Shown here: positions 1 through 13,301 of the stretch, in pieces | Position numbering within the stretch: the first letter of the stretch is position 1 | Layout of the letters: each line of letters opens with the position of its first letter | Assembly (NCBI RefSeq): GCF_009914755.1 | Contig: NC_060935.1 | Strand: one strand, 5' to 3' | Length of the DNA: 64,000 bases | From: the human T2T-CHM13v2.0 reference genome, Homo sapiens | Position numbers and translations under genes: made by a program | The notes under the pieces: generated by a model | What the model was told of the DNA's origin: nothing | The model's database searches: none | The model's input: the letters and a program-made list of their open reading frames with translations, nothing else

Positions 1-1150
1 GTCTACAGTGTTAGTTGTTTATACCCCATTTCTTGAAGTAGTTAAAACCAACTATGTATAGTACATATTGTATTGTGTACATGTACGTGGTATATTGTAT
101 GGTGTAAGAGTACAATTCAGGGAATGATCCTACACTGGCCTCTGGTGGATGGATGCAATACTATGTCTCCACACAATCATCAGGCAAATGTATTTACATG
201 CTTTGACCAAAGATGAAGTATCAGATTCTTCTTTTTAATTATCATTGTTAGATTTTACTTCATGGAATCTTTACTTGGGAATTTTACCTTATGTACAAAT
301 CACCTGGAAGGTACTTATTAAAAAGTAGATTCCTAGGGATCTTGCCCCAAGATTCAGTAGTTCTACTAGTGTGCAGATCAGAAACTTTGACTTTCAGACC
401 AGCTTTGAGAAAATACTCTAAATGAAATCTGGGAGGAGTTTAGGGAGATAAATGAATTTTTCAACACTTTTTGTCCATTTTTGTATATATTATATTTTTT
501 TATGAATAAGGTCTGTAGCTTTCATGAAATTGTGATACTCCCCCCCCCCACTCAAAGCATAAGAACAATTATTTTACTTTAAATATGACATTTTTGTTGA
601 ATGTCACCATTGTATATTATTTAAAAGGCATTTTGACAGTGAAAAAGGATGATGGGTTATAGGAATAATTTTACTGTGATCTTGCTGATCGCTAATACAG
701 AGGCTAGGATATTATAGCTTACAGAATTTTAGGGTGGGCTTTAGTTTGGCACATGTTCTGTCCCAAGTCTGAAGGATTGTAGTGCATGTGTCATAGGTCA
801 AAGCTACTCCATCACAGGGAAATGTCCTTGCTACTTCTGTCTATTGCTGCCAGAACTGTGTTCTCTGTGAGTGTTTTGCCATTAGCAAGTACACAGACAA
901 GAGACTAGGGAGACCACACAGGCTGTGGAGGCATCTCATTGCCTGTACTTTCAGGAAATGCCCCTCCAATCATTTCGCTGTTTCTGGTAACTTTTCTGTT
1001 GTATATTTCGTACACGAAGGTACTTGGTAGTTTTAAAGACTTACGCAAGAGTAGAATTTTATGATTAGGGTAATTATTTGTGATTTAAAAGAGGGACATC
1101 AAAGTTAAATATTAAGAGAATCTTGACCTACAATAGAAAAAAATGTAAAA

Positions 1151-1190
1151 TTATATATATGTGTGTATATATATGTGTGTATATATATAT
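1151..1190. repeat. (TA)/(TG) compound microsatellite
   Basis: tatatatatgtgtgtatatatatgtgtgtatatatatat. Confidence 0.85.
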
Positions 1191-1449
1191 TTTTTTCCTC
1201 CTTCTTCATTATTTCCAGGAAAACCATTTTAAAAAGGAAGAAGATGCATGTAGGTATTCTCCCTAGATTGAGGATTAGAAACTTCGTTGGAAGAAATGCT
1301 TTTTTGCCTCTTCAAATAAAAGTATAGTTTTTAGTTTTTTTGTTCATAGTACAAAAATTAGAAAATACTCAGAGGTACCAGCACCCACACACCCATGCAC
1401 ACACTCACACCCACACACCCACAGTAAAACAATAACATACTCTTTCTAT

Positions 1450-2155
1450 AGCAGTAGAATTTTTATCTACTCTATGGCCAGCCAAAATAAAGATTACATC
1501 CTAGTCTTCCTTGAAGCTGGGTATAGTCATTTGACTAAGTTTGTGTCAATGAGATGTGAGGGGCACTGGTATGTGCAACTTCTGGGTCATATCCTTAAGA
1601 CACGTGCACTATTTCTTTTTATCCTTTTCCTCCTGGCTGGAAATTGGGAATCATTACAACAACTCCTTTAGACCCAGACATGGAGGCCATGTGCTTACGA
1701 TGACAGAAAACTCCAGCAGCCTGAATCCCTGGGTCATTTCATGGAACAAAGCCTACCCACCTTTCCTAAACTGTTACATGAGAGAGAAATCAAATTCTTG
1801 TTTGAGCTGCTCCATTTTTTGTGCTTCCTTGATATGGTAGCTGAAATCAGCCTTAGCTAATTACAGAGAAGTGAGGTGTGTGCTTTCTTTTTCCTTTTCT
1901 TCATCCTATTGCTTGGAACAAGGGTGTGGGGGGGTGTCATCCTGGACCATGTGGAGAAGGTTGGTGCTGTAGTCATGGCAGAGCAGAAAGATAGAAGCCT
2001 GGGTCAGATGACTTTGTGGAGCAAGGTCATATTATCCTTGGATTATCTATATCTCTTACTGTTGCATGAGCGAGAAATAAACTTCCACTTTGTTTAAGCT
2101 GTTGTTACTTTAGGTGTCTTTTTATGTAGGCAAACTTATATGCAGTTAACTAATA
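1450..2155 (+). mobile_element. Ancient MaLR/ERVL-type LTR (MLT1-like), two adjacent pieces
   Basis: Contains gtcatttgactaagtttg...aatgagatgtgag and two copies of a gagagaaat(a)aa...tgttt(a/g)agc...ctaat LTR 3' end; subfamily uncertain. Confidence 0.55.
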
Positions 2156-2244
2156 AAGTCAGAGTCTATTGTCCTATAGATAAACCATGGTTGTATACAT
2201 CCTTTCTGAAATTTTTTATGTTTATTAATATGTATATATGTATT

Positions 2245-2440
2245 CAGTTATTAGTTAAGAACATGGAAGTTGGAGACAACCAAGATTTGAATCTAAACTC
2301 TGTTACTTTCTAACTAGGTGGTCTTGGGAAACTTACTTAACATTTCTGAGCTTCAGTTTTATCATGTGTAAAATAGATATAATAACTTCTACTTCATTAA
2401 GTTGTTATTAGGATTAAATAAAAAATATATAAAATGCACA
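2245..2440 (+). mobile_element. MIR SINE
   Basis: MIR core ttacttaacatttctgagcttcagttttatcatgtgtaaaatag. Confidence 0.75.
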
Positions 2441-2797
2441 TAAATATGTTTATTTATATTTATATTACCTGAATTATTTTAAAGGCTCAACCTAATATTT
2501 TCATTCATTTATATATTCAGCAAATTTATTATAATTATTTTATGAAAGTGGGCTTATGCTACACATAGTTTCTGTAACTTGCTTTTTTCCCCTCACCACT
2601 CTACAGATAAGAAGTAACTTGCTTTTTCATGTAACATTATATTATGAACACCTCATAGCAATAAATATCATTTACCAGTGTTTTGATGACTTCCTGGTAT
2701 TCACTTGTATGGATATTTGTTTAGCCATTCTCTTTTTGTGGGACATTTGAATTATTTCTAATTTTTGGCTATTACAAATGATGCTACATTGCACGCC

Positions 2798-3270
2798 CTC
2801 ATTCATTTGGTAAATGTTTGTTGAATATCTACTATGTGCTAAATGTTACTCACAGAAGTGAACAAAAGACACAAAGATCATTGCCTTCAGAGAAATTGTA
2901 TTCTAGAAGGGGGAAACTGAAATTTGTATTCTAGAAAGGGGGAAAACAACCAGAGCACAGTATAGGGAATCATGAGTGCTGGCAGGAGGATTTAGGGTTG
3001 CAATTTTATATAGTATGATCTGGGAAGGTAAAATTTGAATAAAGTTGGAATGAGGTGAGTCTGCAGATATTTGAGGCCCAGGGAACAGCGAGTGCAAAGG
3101 CCAGGTCATAGCAGCACCTGCCCAGCTGAGGACCAGCAAGGAGGCCGGTGTGGCTGGAGTTGCATGAGCAACGGTGAAAGGAGTGTGGAAGCTGAGGTTA
3201 GAGGGCATGGAGGTAGGGAAAGATCGGGCATGGATAGCTTTGTAGGTCCTTGCAAGGGTTCTGGCCTTTG
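2798..3270 (-). mobile_element. L2 LINE 3' fragment
   Basis: Reverse L2 tail cattcatttggtaaatgtttgttgaatatctactatgtgc; small internal 27-bp tandem duplication at about 2892-2947. Confidence 0.65.
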
Positions 3271-4112
3271 TTTATTTGTTGATTGATTTTAGTACTAGCG
3301 TCTTTGCACCCTTCTTACTTATGGCCTTTGGATACATTTCCACCCATGGAAATGCTGGTTCAAAAATCTGCAAAAATATATGTCCTCGATTAAATAAAAA
3401 TGTTCAAGGGAATAGATCAGACATTTTTGGCTTTGCAGTGAAATCCTCACCCACGTACTTAATCATTTCTTTCGGATACATTCTTAAACATGGAAATGTG
3501 AGCTGAAAGATATGTAAAGTGTTATGTCTTTGAGTGAGTAAAAATTTTAAGGGACTAGATTATATGTTTCTTATAAGCAGAGGCCATGTCATATAATTTT
3601 CTTAACTCTTTTTCCAGCCTGGCAGAGTGTTAAGCACATAGTGGACTCTCAGTGTAGAACTTCCTGGTTGAAGGGCTGAATATAAATCTACATTTCAATC
3701 TTAATTGTTACCCATCTTTTAGAGTGGAGAATGAACATTTTACTTTACAGGAACTGTGAGTAAGTTCCTGACAGTGAGATCCCTGCTCTCCTTAGGGATA
3801 CATTTTTGTGGGAATAGACAAGCAATGAACAATTTAGGAAGGTAATTTCAGATTATTTCATATAAATTTGAAGAAAACAGGCCATGTGATAGAGAGTGAC
3901 CTGATCCTAGGACTCTGATGGTATGGTGGAGATAAGGTGATTAGAGAATTATAGCCTCAATGAGCATCAGCATTTCTACCATTGGGTGTGGAGGGAAGTT
4001 AAACTGCATAGTTACCCTGTGGTTTTATTTCATCATGTGGGGCAGCATGGAATTGGATTAGTAATGACAGTCCTTAGGTCAAACTCAGTATCATAATTAA
4101 GGGGGTACAGAA

Positions 4113-4543
4113 TGTGGAAACACTCCAAATGTTTATCAACTGGTGAATGGAAAAATAAAATGTGGTACTATTCATACAACGGACTATTATTTGACAATAA
4201 GAAGGGAAGTGCATACTCCAACAGACAAACTTCAATAAGGTTATGCTAAGAGAAAGAAGTCAGGCTCAAAAGACCACATATCATATGATTCCACTGGTAT
4301 GGAATATCTAGAAGAGATAAATACATAGCAACAAAAAATAGATTAATGGTTGCCTGTGGTTGGGAGTAGGAACAGGGAGTGACTGCAGATGGGCTCCAGG
4401 CACCTTTTTGGGGTGATGGAATGACCTAAAAATGGAATCGTGGTGATGGTGGTACAACTTTGTATACTTCCTAAAAATCATTGAATTGTACACTTAAAAT
4501 GAGTGAGCTTTGTGGTGTGTAAATTACACCTCAGTAAAGCTGT
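4113..4543 (+). mobile_element. Old L1M (L1MB-like) 3' end
   Basis: aaatgtttatcaactggtgaatgg...atgattcca...ggttgcc...cattgaattgtacacttaaaa...ctcagtaaagctg. Confidence 0.75.
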
Positions 4544-5439
4544 GGGGAAGTGGAGGTATTGTTCATGGATACTTAGATACTTAGATCCTCCCTGGGTTCT
4601 TCACCAGATAAGCATGTGTCCTTGTGATCCTGGGTTTGGCTCAAGAACTAGGAGGATCCTGCTTGTCTGTAAATATTACCTATTAAGAAAATAAATCAGT
4701 TGTGCATAGACTTGTAAGTTTAACGTAGAAAAGGGCTGTGGTGCAAAAAAGAAACAAACTTGGATGTAACAGATTCTACCTTGTGTTGATATTGTCACCA
4801 GCAGCTGTTGCTCTGTTAGGAATTCTGGAGCCGTAGGAGGCTATGCTCAAATATGCTGCATCTGTTCCCAGTGTGGGCCACCTCTTTTGTGGTCTTGACT
4901 AAGTTAGTTGGGAAGGTAAGCTCATTTTATGGGATGGGTATGTGTGGCCTCTTGGCACCAAACTGTTTTCTACTTGACAGGTTGTTATCATGCTGTATTT
5001 GCACCCACCATCACAGAGATTGTTTAAAAAAAAAGTTATCTAGGGCATGCCAAATTATATGTAAAAGTATAGTACAGATTGCAGTGGAAAGATAACGTGA
5101 TGATTCTGTGATATCTGGAGAGGAAACATAACCAGTTGGAGATAGTGCCTTCATTTTTGTTTTAAAAACAAAAGAGAACTCACTTGCGAACTCTTTTTTT
5201 TTTTTTCTAAATTTCTTCAGGCCACCATAGCTGAAGCTCCCTTTACTTCTCACCTGGGTTACTATGGTAGCTCCACACTTTCTTGTCTCTAGTACCTGAA
5301 CCACTTTGATCCATTCTATCCATTTGTCTTCTTAGAGCACAGCTCTAATTGTGACTCCCCAGGATGTAGGTCAAGTACAGAGTTTTTGTCGGGCCCTCCA
5401 AATATACCCCGTCCATGTGTCCCCAAATCTTCCTGGAAT

Positions 5440-5812
5440 AATCGGCGATTCTTACTCAGGCCTTGTGTGTTCCCACCTTGAGGGCTTTGCTCATGGAATT
5501 TTCCCTTTGTAAAATGACCTCTTCACAGTGCTCACCTGTTGAAATTGTAGCTATCTTTCAAAGCCCAGCTCAGATGCCTTAGTCCTATGTGAAGCCTTTT
5601 GTGATTCTGCCAAACCAATTATGATTTTACCATTCTTTGTGTTTCTATCTCTCTTATATCATCTGCCATCGGTGCCTTCTCTTTTGGTGGTTTGCATGTA
5701 TGGCTTAACTTCCTAGTTTGTAAACTCTGTGAGGACAACAAGGACTGAGTCTTAACTGTCTTTGTCACCTTGCATATAGTTGATGACCAGAATATAACTT
5801 TTGGATTGAATG
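5440..5812 (+). mobile_element. L2 3' fragment
   Basis: tttcaaagcccagctcagatgcc...tagtttgtaaactctgtgaggaca. Confidence 0.55.
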
Positions 5813-8800
5813 AGCTCCGTAACTCAGCCACCACACAGAATTTTTTTTTCTGTCTGAAAATAAGCTTTCAGAAACATTACACTCTGTTCATATTTTTCTC
5901 TCTGTAAGTGCCTAACACTGGACATTTCAAAAGTTTCAACTTACTGCTATTGTGTCCCTCATCTGGCATTTTTCACACACATTTTTCCAGACCAGGGTTG
6001 TGCATTTGTGCCTTGGCAGGTTGATGGCTATGACTGTGAATAATGAGTCAATTATCATCCAGCCTCAGGGAAAGCACAGTTATTCCTGACTGGCCAGACT
6101 GAGGTAATCCTCTCCTCCCTGTGCCCTTTCAAATGAGGAACATAAAACAGTTGGAATTCAGAGCACTGCAAAGGGAATTTAGACAAAGCATTTGTCTGCC
6201 GAATTTAGCTTCTTTGGATTTATTCTGATTTATGATTGATTGGTTTTTAAATTGCTTATTTAGTTCGAACGACTATCGCTCCAGGGGAGGCCAGATAACA
6301 AGGAGCATGTGATCAAGAAGCAGTGGAGTGAAGTAGTTTGGCTGGACAAATCAAGAGCAAATATTATTGTCCAGAGAAACATTGCTCTAGGCAAGGAGTG
6401 TAATGCAAAAATCACACCCTGACTTTCAGAGTACCCAACCTTGTTATAAGCATGATTGCTTATCCCCTATTCTCTTTGCAGAAGGATTTTTGCAATTGCC
6501 TAGTGTTGCACAGAATTGTCCCCCTATGAATTTTTCTTTCCTTCTAGCAATATATTCAATATCTCCTCTCAACTGAGAACATGCTCTTGATTTATATTGC
6601 TGTTGACCAGAGTGTGGAAGAACAGACACTCCGAGGTTGCTGGCAGATTTGGTTGTGAATTCTAATGTTGGTTGTGCTGATCTGTGAAAATTCTCCTGCA
6701 AGTGTGATAATGCTTCTCATTGCATGGGCACTAGTCTGGCTTTTGTACAGATTAATTTGAATTTTTAAAAAAGTTTCTTTCAAAATTGAGTTCTTTAAAA
6801 ATAATCACTTTTATCTGAAAGATGTATAATCAATATGTGGTTAGTGTTTAATTTATCAAGACATCAAAAGTTTCAACCTTTTCAAGGTGTGTAACCTTTT
6901 TCTTTGGTCTGAAATTAGACCCTATAGGTGTGGTGGGGGCCTTGTAAGGGAGATCTGTTGGAAGCTTGTCTGTTTAGTATCAAAAGGAAATTGAAATTCC
7001 ATTGCTTCAGAATAATGAAACCTCGAAAAACCTTTAGAAAAAAACTTTCGTCTCATCTGTATTGAAGTTTTGACTCAGAAATGCCCAAAGAAACGCTTTT
7101 TCAGGTCTCAATAACCTACTTGTTCTCTGAAATATTGCTGTTAGATTTCTAAACCGTATTATGTCTGACACTTATTTCAAAGCAAGAAACATTAGGGATA
7201 AGATGAAAGGGTGGAAGAGGACCCTGATGAAAAACAGAAACAGAAGAAGATGAGACGAACCCTTGGGTGGCACATTTGGATTTCACCAGGATTACTATAG
7301 GAAGTGGCATCTGGCTCTCTAATCAGACTTTCATCCACTTCAGATTCTGGGCTGTGCCAGCATCTGCCATTTTGACATTATCATATTGAAAAATAACTTT
7401 TTTCCCTATCTCATTGTGCCAAGATATTTATTATTTGCTGGATTTTAAAAACAACGATAAAAGCCTTTAGAAGGAGCACTTCTGGGTCTTAGGAGGGATA
7501 TAGCATATATTCTTGTGAAACCAATTCTGAAGTTTAGGAAGGAGCCTTAAACTGTAGCTTTTGTCAAGAATGAACAAGTTCTTTTCTACATCATCCAGTC
7601 TGTCTTTTAAAAATGAAAACTTTCTGTTTATAAAAGGAGAATTTTAAAAAGAGTGGATGAGAATTTTTGTTAGACCTGAGATCCCAACAGTAGTTCAACA
7701 TCAGGATCAGAAGCTGAGACTTCATTATATTTTGCTCTTTATTTCAAAGGAGTTTCATCTGGTTACCTGTCACATAACCTGGGTGTTTTATTGGAAATAG
7801 TAGAGAGTACACTGAGTGATCATGAGAACAAATAGAACTCGTCCTTGTAGAACATCTTTGATTTTCAGACATTGCTGTGCTTTTCAAGTATTTAAGTCAA
7901 TAGATTATTACAATAGTGTTGTGCTGGGTACATAGTATTTTCTTAGTAATTACTAGATTTAGGTTATACTTGATTTAAAGGATGAGCAGGGAAAACTGAA
8001 ACCGTTTCACCTTTTATTAGAATAGAGCACTGAGGCATGGCAGTAGCCACAGGAAGTCTGCTTTCCTTTGAACATTGATGAAGTTTGAGGAACCCTTTCA
8101 TCCTTCAGTTAACTCCTATTTCCAAGTGTCTCCATGCCTATCTTGCTCTACTCTGCTACCAATGCTGTTTGCCCTAGGACTGATACAGGACATCTCTGTG
8201 GCCGTAAAAGTGGAAGAAGTCAGGGAGACTAAGTCCTAAGACCATTTCTTCCTCATTTATCTCATCTTGTATAGGGCTGGTTACTCCAACATATTCTTAG
8301 CAACCCTCCTCACACTTTGCTCAGCAACCCCCAGCCCTCCACCCACAGAAGCCAAGGTTGGGTGCTTCGCACCAGAATTTCCAAGGATTTATTGAGGCAA
8401 AAGGCAAGGGCTACCTCTCCCACTAGTAGCTAGTTAGAAGTCACTGGTGCTGGTGCAGTAGGCAGTAGTAGAGAGCTGGCCTGAGCTGGTGTTATTTATG
8501 GATGTGAACTTTTTAAAGAGAACGTGATGCATTTCATATTTGTGTTTTCCCTCTCTGGCTTATTAATGACGTATTATAGATTAGGTCACCTTATCTCTGT
8601 TTCCCATCAGTATATCTGTGTTATGTCCTAAAGATACCCTCACAAGTCTTAATTCTACCAGTGATAGGGTATTCAGAAGCAAACAAATGATGTTAACTGG
8701 ATTTGTACCAGGCTGTGATCATTACAACAACATGAATCTCACTGATTTTGATGCCATGCACTGACAGGTCAAGAGAAACAAACATGGGCACTGTGCTGGG

Positions 8801-9194
8801 TTAGGCTATCTGTAACCCCTTCAGTTACGGATGTTCCTAAGGAACTCACAGATAAAACAATTGCTGAGTCTCTGGAACATTTTTATAGTAGAGGCTAGTA
8901 AGGGGATGGAGTAGGATTCTCCAACCCAACAATGGCTTGATTTCTGCCACTTGACTTTTTTTGAATTCCTTTATCACTCTTTTACTCTTTTAGTGATCAT
9001 TGACGTAGGTTCCTGTACTTGCTGTTGTCAGAAGAAGCAAGTTTCAGTTTTGGAATGTACCCTGCACGCTTAGTTCTTCTTTGACTATTGTAAGCCATTC
9101 TTCTTTGTCTCCTTTCTGGCTCCCTGCCCCCACCTTTCTGCTCCTTTTTTCTTCTATTCTCTAAAGACCTTTTCTTTTCATTTACTGCATTAAT

Positions 9195-9450
9195 GCAGGA
9201 AGCAAGGCACAGTGGTTAGGAGGATAGGTTCTAGAGTCAGAAGGCAGTGTTCAGATCCCCACTCTGCTACTTAACCATCTGTATAGCCTTGAGCAAGTTA
9301 CTTTCTCTCTCTGTAGGCCTTGGTTCTTTAATCTGTAAAGTAAGGATAGTAACAGTGTCTACTTTTAGTGGTATTCTGAGGATTAAATGAAATGATTCAT
9401 GAGATGCTCACAAAAGAGTGCCACTCAATGAATGTTAACCCTGATTATTA
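9195..9450 (+). mobile_element. MIR SINE
   Basis: cagtggttagg...tctagagtcag...ccttgagcaagttac...atctgtaaag...tgaggattaaatga. Confidence 0.8.
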
Positions 9451-10467
9451 ATTTTAATATTATTACTAATATTAAAAATAATGTTATGGCTTAAACTATT
9501 ACCTCAGTGTAATTGATGAACAGATATTTACCTCCTGTGAAATCTCTCCCAGATTTTAACCTACATTTGCAGCTGCCTTTGGGTCATTTCCACTACGATT
9601 TCAACTGGCACTTCAAATGCAATATGGCCAAAGCTGAATTCATTCATTATCTTTTATCAAAATTATTTCATTTTATTTCCCCCACATTTCTTTTAATAGC
9701 ATCATGATATAATTGTCTTAGTCTCTTAATTTAGGATTACTCTTAGATGCTTTCCTCAGCCTAAGTAGATAATCGTGAATGTACATGGATTTAGTACAAA
9801 GATATTCATTGTTTATAATTTTAAACAGTCAAGAATAAGGAATTGGTTAAATAAACTATCTTACATTTATATAAAGGAGTTCTTGATAACTATTAAAATT
9901 ACATGGAATATTCAATAACCTGAAAAGAGATACTGCTGGCAAGTTGAGTTATGTACAGTATGATTCCTTCTGGATTTTTAGAAGTGCATGGATACGTAAA
10001 AAATATTAGATAGCCACTGAAAAAACTTTGTTGTGGCCTTTCTGGCTTGTAGGATTATGAGTGATTTTCATATTTTACTTTTTTCCCTCATAAGTTTTCT
10101 AAAGTCATCCATACATTGCTTTCATATAAAGAAAAAAATCCCTCAAATTTAGAAAAAGATGTGATAGGTCATGTCTAAGAGTCTCACAAATACTGTATTT
10201 TATTAACTTTTTAACAGCGACCAAGAACAGTGCTGGATATGTAATAGGCACTCAATAAATATATGTTGAGTGACATAATGTTATCTTTCTATCCAGTTTT
10301 AGAAATCACTTTTAACAGTTCAGAGTGCTTAATGCCTCAAGGGTTCGGTTTGTAGAGTTCTTTGAAAAGTATTCTTTTTCATTGGAAGAAACTTTCTCAA
10401 TATACACAAAATAAACCAGACTTGGTATTGTGGATGTTTTCTAATAGTGCATAACTTCTTATTTCAG

Positions 10468-10622
10468 AGGATCATGTGTCCAAAAGGGGAGTGTTTGGAA
10501 CTGATTCTTCAGAAAACATTTTTACCTCAGCAAAAGTTACTCATAAAAATGAAGCAGATGACTACCATCTTAGAAATAAAACCATCTTTCTTCGTACTTC
10601 ATCACAATGTTTGGAAGAACAG
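10468..10622 (+). CDS. IFTAP: IFTAP coding exon (probably exon 3): (E)DHVSKRGVFG...SSQCLEEQ
   Basis: Acceptor ttatttcag|AG and donor CAG|gtaata; 155 nt, phase 1 to 0. The translation matches the IFTAP/C11orf74 protein as I recall it and splices in frame with the next three exons. Confidence 0.95.
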
Positions 10623-13234
10623 GTAATACCAACATAGTACATGTATAGAAACAATCTCAGAAGAAAAGAATTCTTCATGAATCAAAAAAAAGAGACCCTA
10701 CTAAACACTAGACAGTTATTAGGTCTGTAATTCCTAATTCTAGAAGGAGTGCCATTGGGGCACTTTATTGAAAGTCATCATTACATATATTTCATAATGT
10801 TGACAGCTATTGTTTATGATGATAACTGGTTATCCCCAATTTTTGTTCAAAAGTTCTTAAGGATCTGCCATCTATAAATTATTGAAATTATTTCTTTTAG
10901 CTTGTCTTCTATTTGGGACAAAAGAGCTCCTTTCTCTAATTCTCTGTGTAAAATGGGACTTTCTTTCACCTGTCCTAGATTCATCTCTTTCAAACTCAAG
11001 ATGGAATCGATTATCTTGTTTTTCTCTAATATCTGGTCAATAAATGTTAGATACGCTTTTTCTAATCTTGAAGACTTTATAGACTCTTCACATTCTCCTC
11101 AGCTATGATTTTTAATTATCAAGGAATTATAGTGGAAACTGTTCTGCTTTTTAAGCCATTTAAGTTTCTAATTTCTGCTTCATCATGTATTCCTTGCAAT
11201 ATTGTGGACAGAATTGTATATTGTGTTTTTTTCTAACAAGGGAACAAAAATCTCTGTGTTAGAAATATGTTTATATACAGCAGATGCCTATAATTCTTTA
11301 TTTCCTGAACTTGCTTCCAGAGAGATAATTGTGGGATACGAACTTTTTTCACTCTTTACTGGCAATGACTGACCATTGGGATTACATTATATAGAGAGTC
11401 TTTAACCAGCATTTGAGAAACAGAGAATGGTTGAATGACATTGTTTTCTAATAACTTGAAAATGTTGTGTTACCATTCTCTGATTTGTTCATCAGAGGTT
11501 CATTGGGATGGGATAGGAGTGGGGAGTATTCCTATTTTACTCATGAGAAGACTGAGATTAAGTAGTCTATTATAGGTTACACTGTGGATGAGTCTACAGG
11601 ACAGAAGTAGAATCAGAGCTCCTGAAACCTATTCCCTGACCTCCGCTATGGCTTACTGAATTTGGTCTGTTATGCTCAGCTAATTAACAAAAACGGGAAG
11701 GGGAGTTTTATCATCTGAAGGGCTACAAGATCAGCTTCTTTATTTTCAGTTGTTTCATTTTTCCATCAATATGTGATGGATGAAGGCCAAAAAGTATTTT
11801 TTCAGATAGTGATGGATGAAGGCCAAAAAATTGGCAGTTCTTTTCAAGGTGATCTGAATTGGGCAGAAAAGGTGAAGGTAAGGCATGTTTCAATTTTCTT
11901 GGCAAAAACCAAAAACACAACAAACAAACTAAAAACACAGGACTCATTTACTGTCCCTTATACAAAGTTGGAGAATTCAGCAGATTTTGTCCTTACAATT
12001 TTTTTTTATTAATTGATGTTTGAATATCTTAAACTATTCTTGGTCAGCTGGGTTCTGGATCTTTTTTCCTTAGAGCTTAATAAATGAAAGGGGTGCTTTG
12101 ATAGAGAAACATGACTCCAGTCCCCATTAGCATACACCACTAAGTAAATAACAATATAATATGACAGAATTTCAAAATTTAGTAGTGAAACCATTATGTG
12201 GAAGATAAATTTTTGCCTTCACTTGGATGCCAGATAATAACTGCAGGTATGTACTTAAAAGCAATGGCAGTACCATTTAAAATTCCTATGTAATAGCTAT
12301 GGTCTCGCAAGTAGAGCTGGGGGAAGAAAGACCCAGCCTGTCTTTTGAATTCCAATTATGAAATGTAAATTTGTAATTTTATGGTATTTTATTATGCACA
12401 TGTTTAGGTCATGAGCATAAAAGGCATTGCAACCTTATTCCTTTACTAGGTCTCATTCATGCCAGTGGTGAGATCATTTTCTTATTTACACTCTTTGATA
12501 TTCACTTGAGATGAATTAGTTCATGTCTAAATGTTACCATTTTGTTAATCTAAAATGTCTCATTGTCAGCTTGCAGTGGAAAGCAGTATTCCATGTGGAA
12601 TAGTTTTTCATTGAAATGCTGCTATTGTGTCTGTAAAGGTCATTTGCCCTGCTTTTTACCTTTGAAGTAATTTTCAGTTTTATTTGCTCGAAAGAGAGAA
12701 CACTTGAGTTTTTGCCCTGCTCACATCTCTTGTGATTTTGTTTTGAATGAACTTTTCTCTCCTGCTTTCTTTAGTTTCTTCTCTCTGGCTCCTCAGAGTG
12801 CTATCAGAAAGCACGGTGTTATGACAGTAGCCAGAGCCACCGCCACCATTTGCTTGACAGGCAAAAGCAATAAAATGAAAACAAAACCCAGAAACACTGT
12901 TTTCAACTGTCATGGTGGTGGTATATATTCTGGGATAGAATCTGGAACAAAGTCCCTTTTAAAAAACTCTCAGACTGCTTTTTTCCCTTTCAGTGCAGAG
13001 GCCTGACTATGGTGCCTACAAAATCCAGGCCAGCTTTCAAATTTACTGCTTCTTTCAGATGTCTCTTGGGAAAGCACAGTGAACACAAAAGCCTTGAGCT
13101 GGGACTCAAGAGTTAATGAGAAAAGTGGATTCAGCTGCTCAGTTAGGTGTTGTGGAAGTGGATTCGTTGACTTTTCACTGCAGTTTTTCTTTAGGTCTAT
13201 TCTGCTTAAAAATTATGTTAATTCTTTTTTCTAG

Positions 13235-13301
13235 GTAGATAATTTCCTAGATTTAGAAGATTTGGACATGGATGAAGAGATTAAACCCCAAATGAGTGAG
13301 G
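13235..13301 (+). CDS. IFTAP: IFTAP coding exon (probably exon 4): VDNFLDLEDLDMDEEIKPQMSE
   Basis: Acceptor ttctag|GTA and donor GAGG|gtatgc; 67 nt, phase 0 to 1; in frame with both neighbours. Confidence 0.95.

Noticed and set aside
5955-6155. AP-1 (TGAGTCA, 6044), EBF-like (6062), GAGGAA and E-box motifs as a possible B-cell RAG enhancer
   Set aside because: Motif density is not clearly above background and I cannot tie it to a known element.
13075-13093. RSS-like CACAGTG-AAC-ACAAAAGCC (perfect heptamer, 8/9 nonamer) near the RAG locus
   Set aside because: The spacer is 3 nt rather than 12 or 23, so it is not a usable recombination signal; likely chance.
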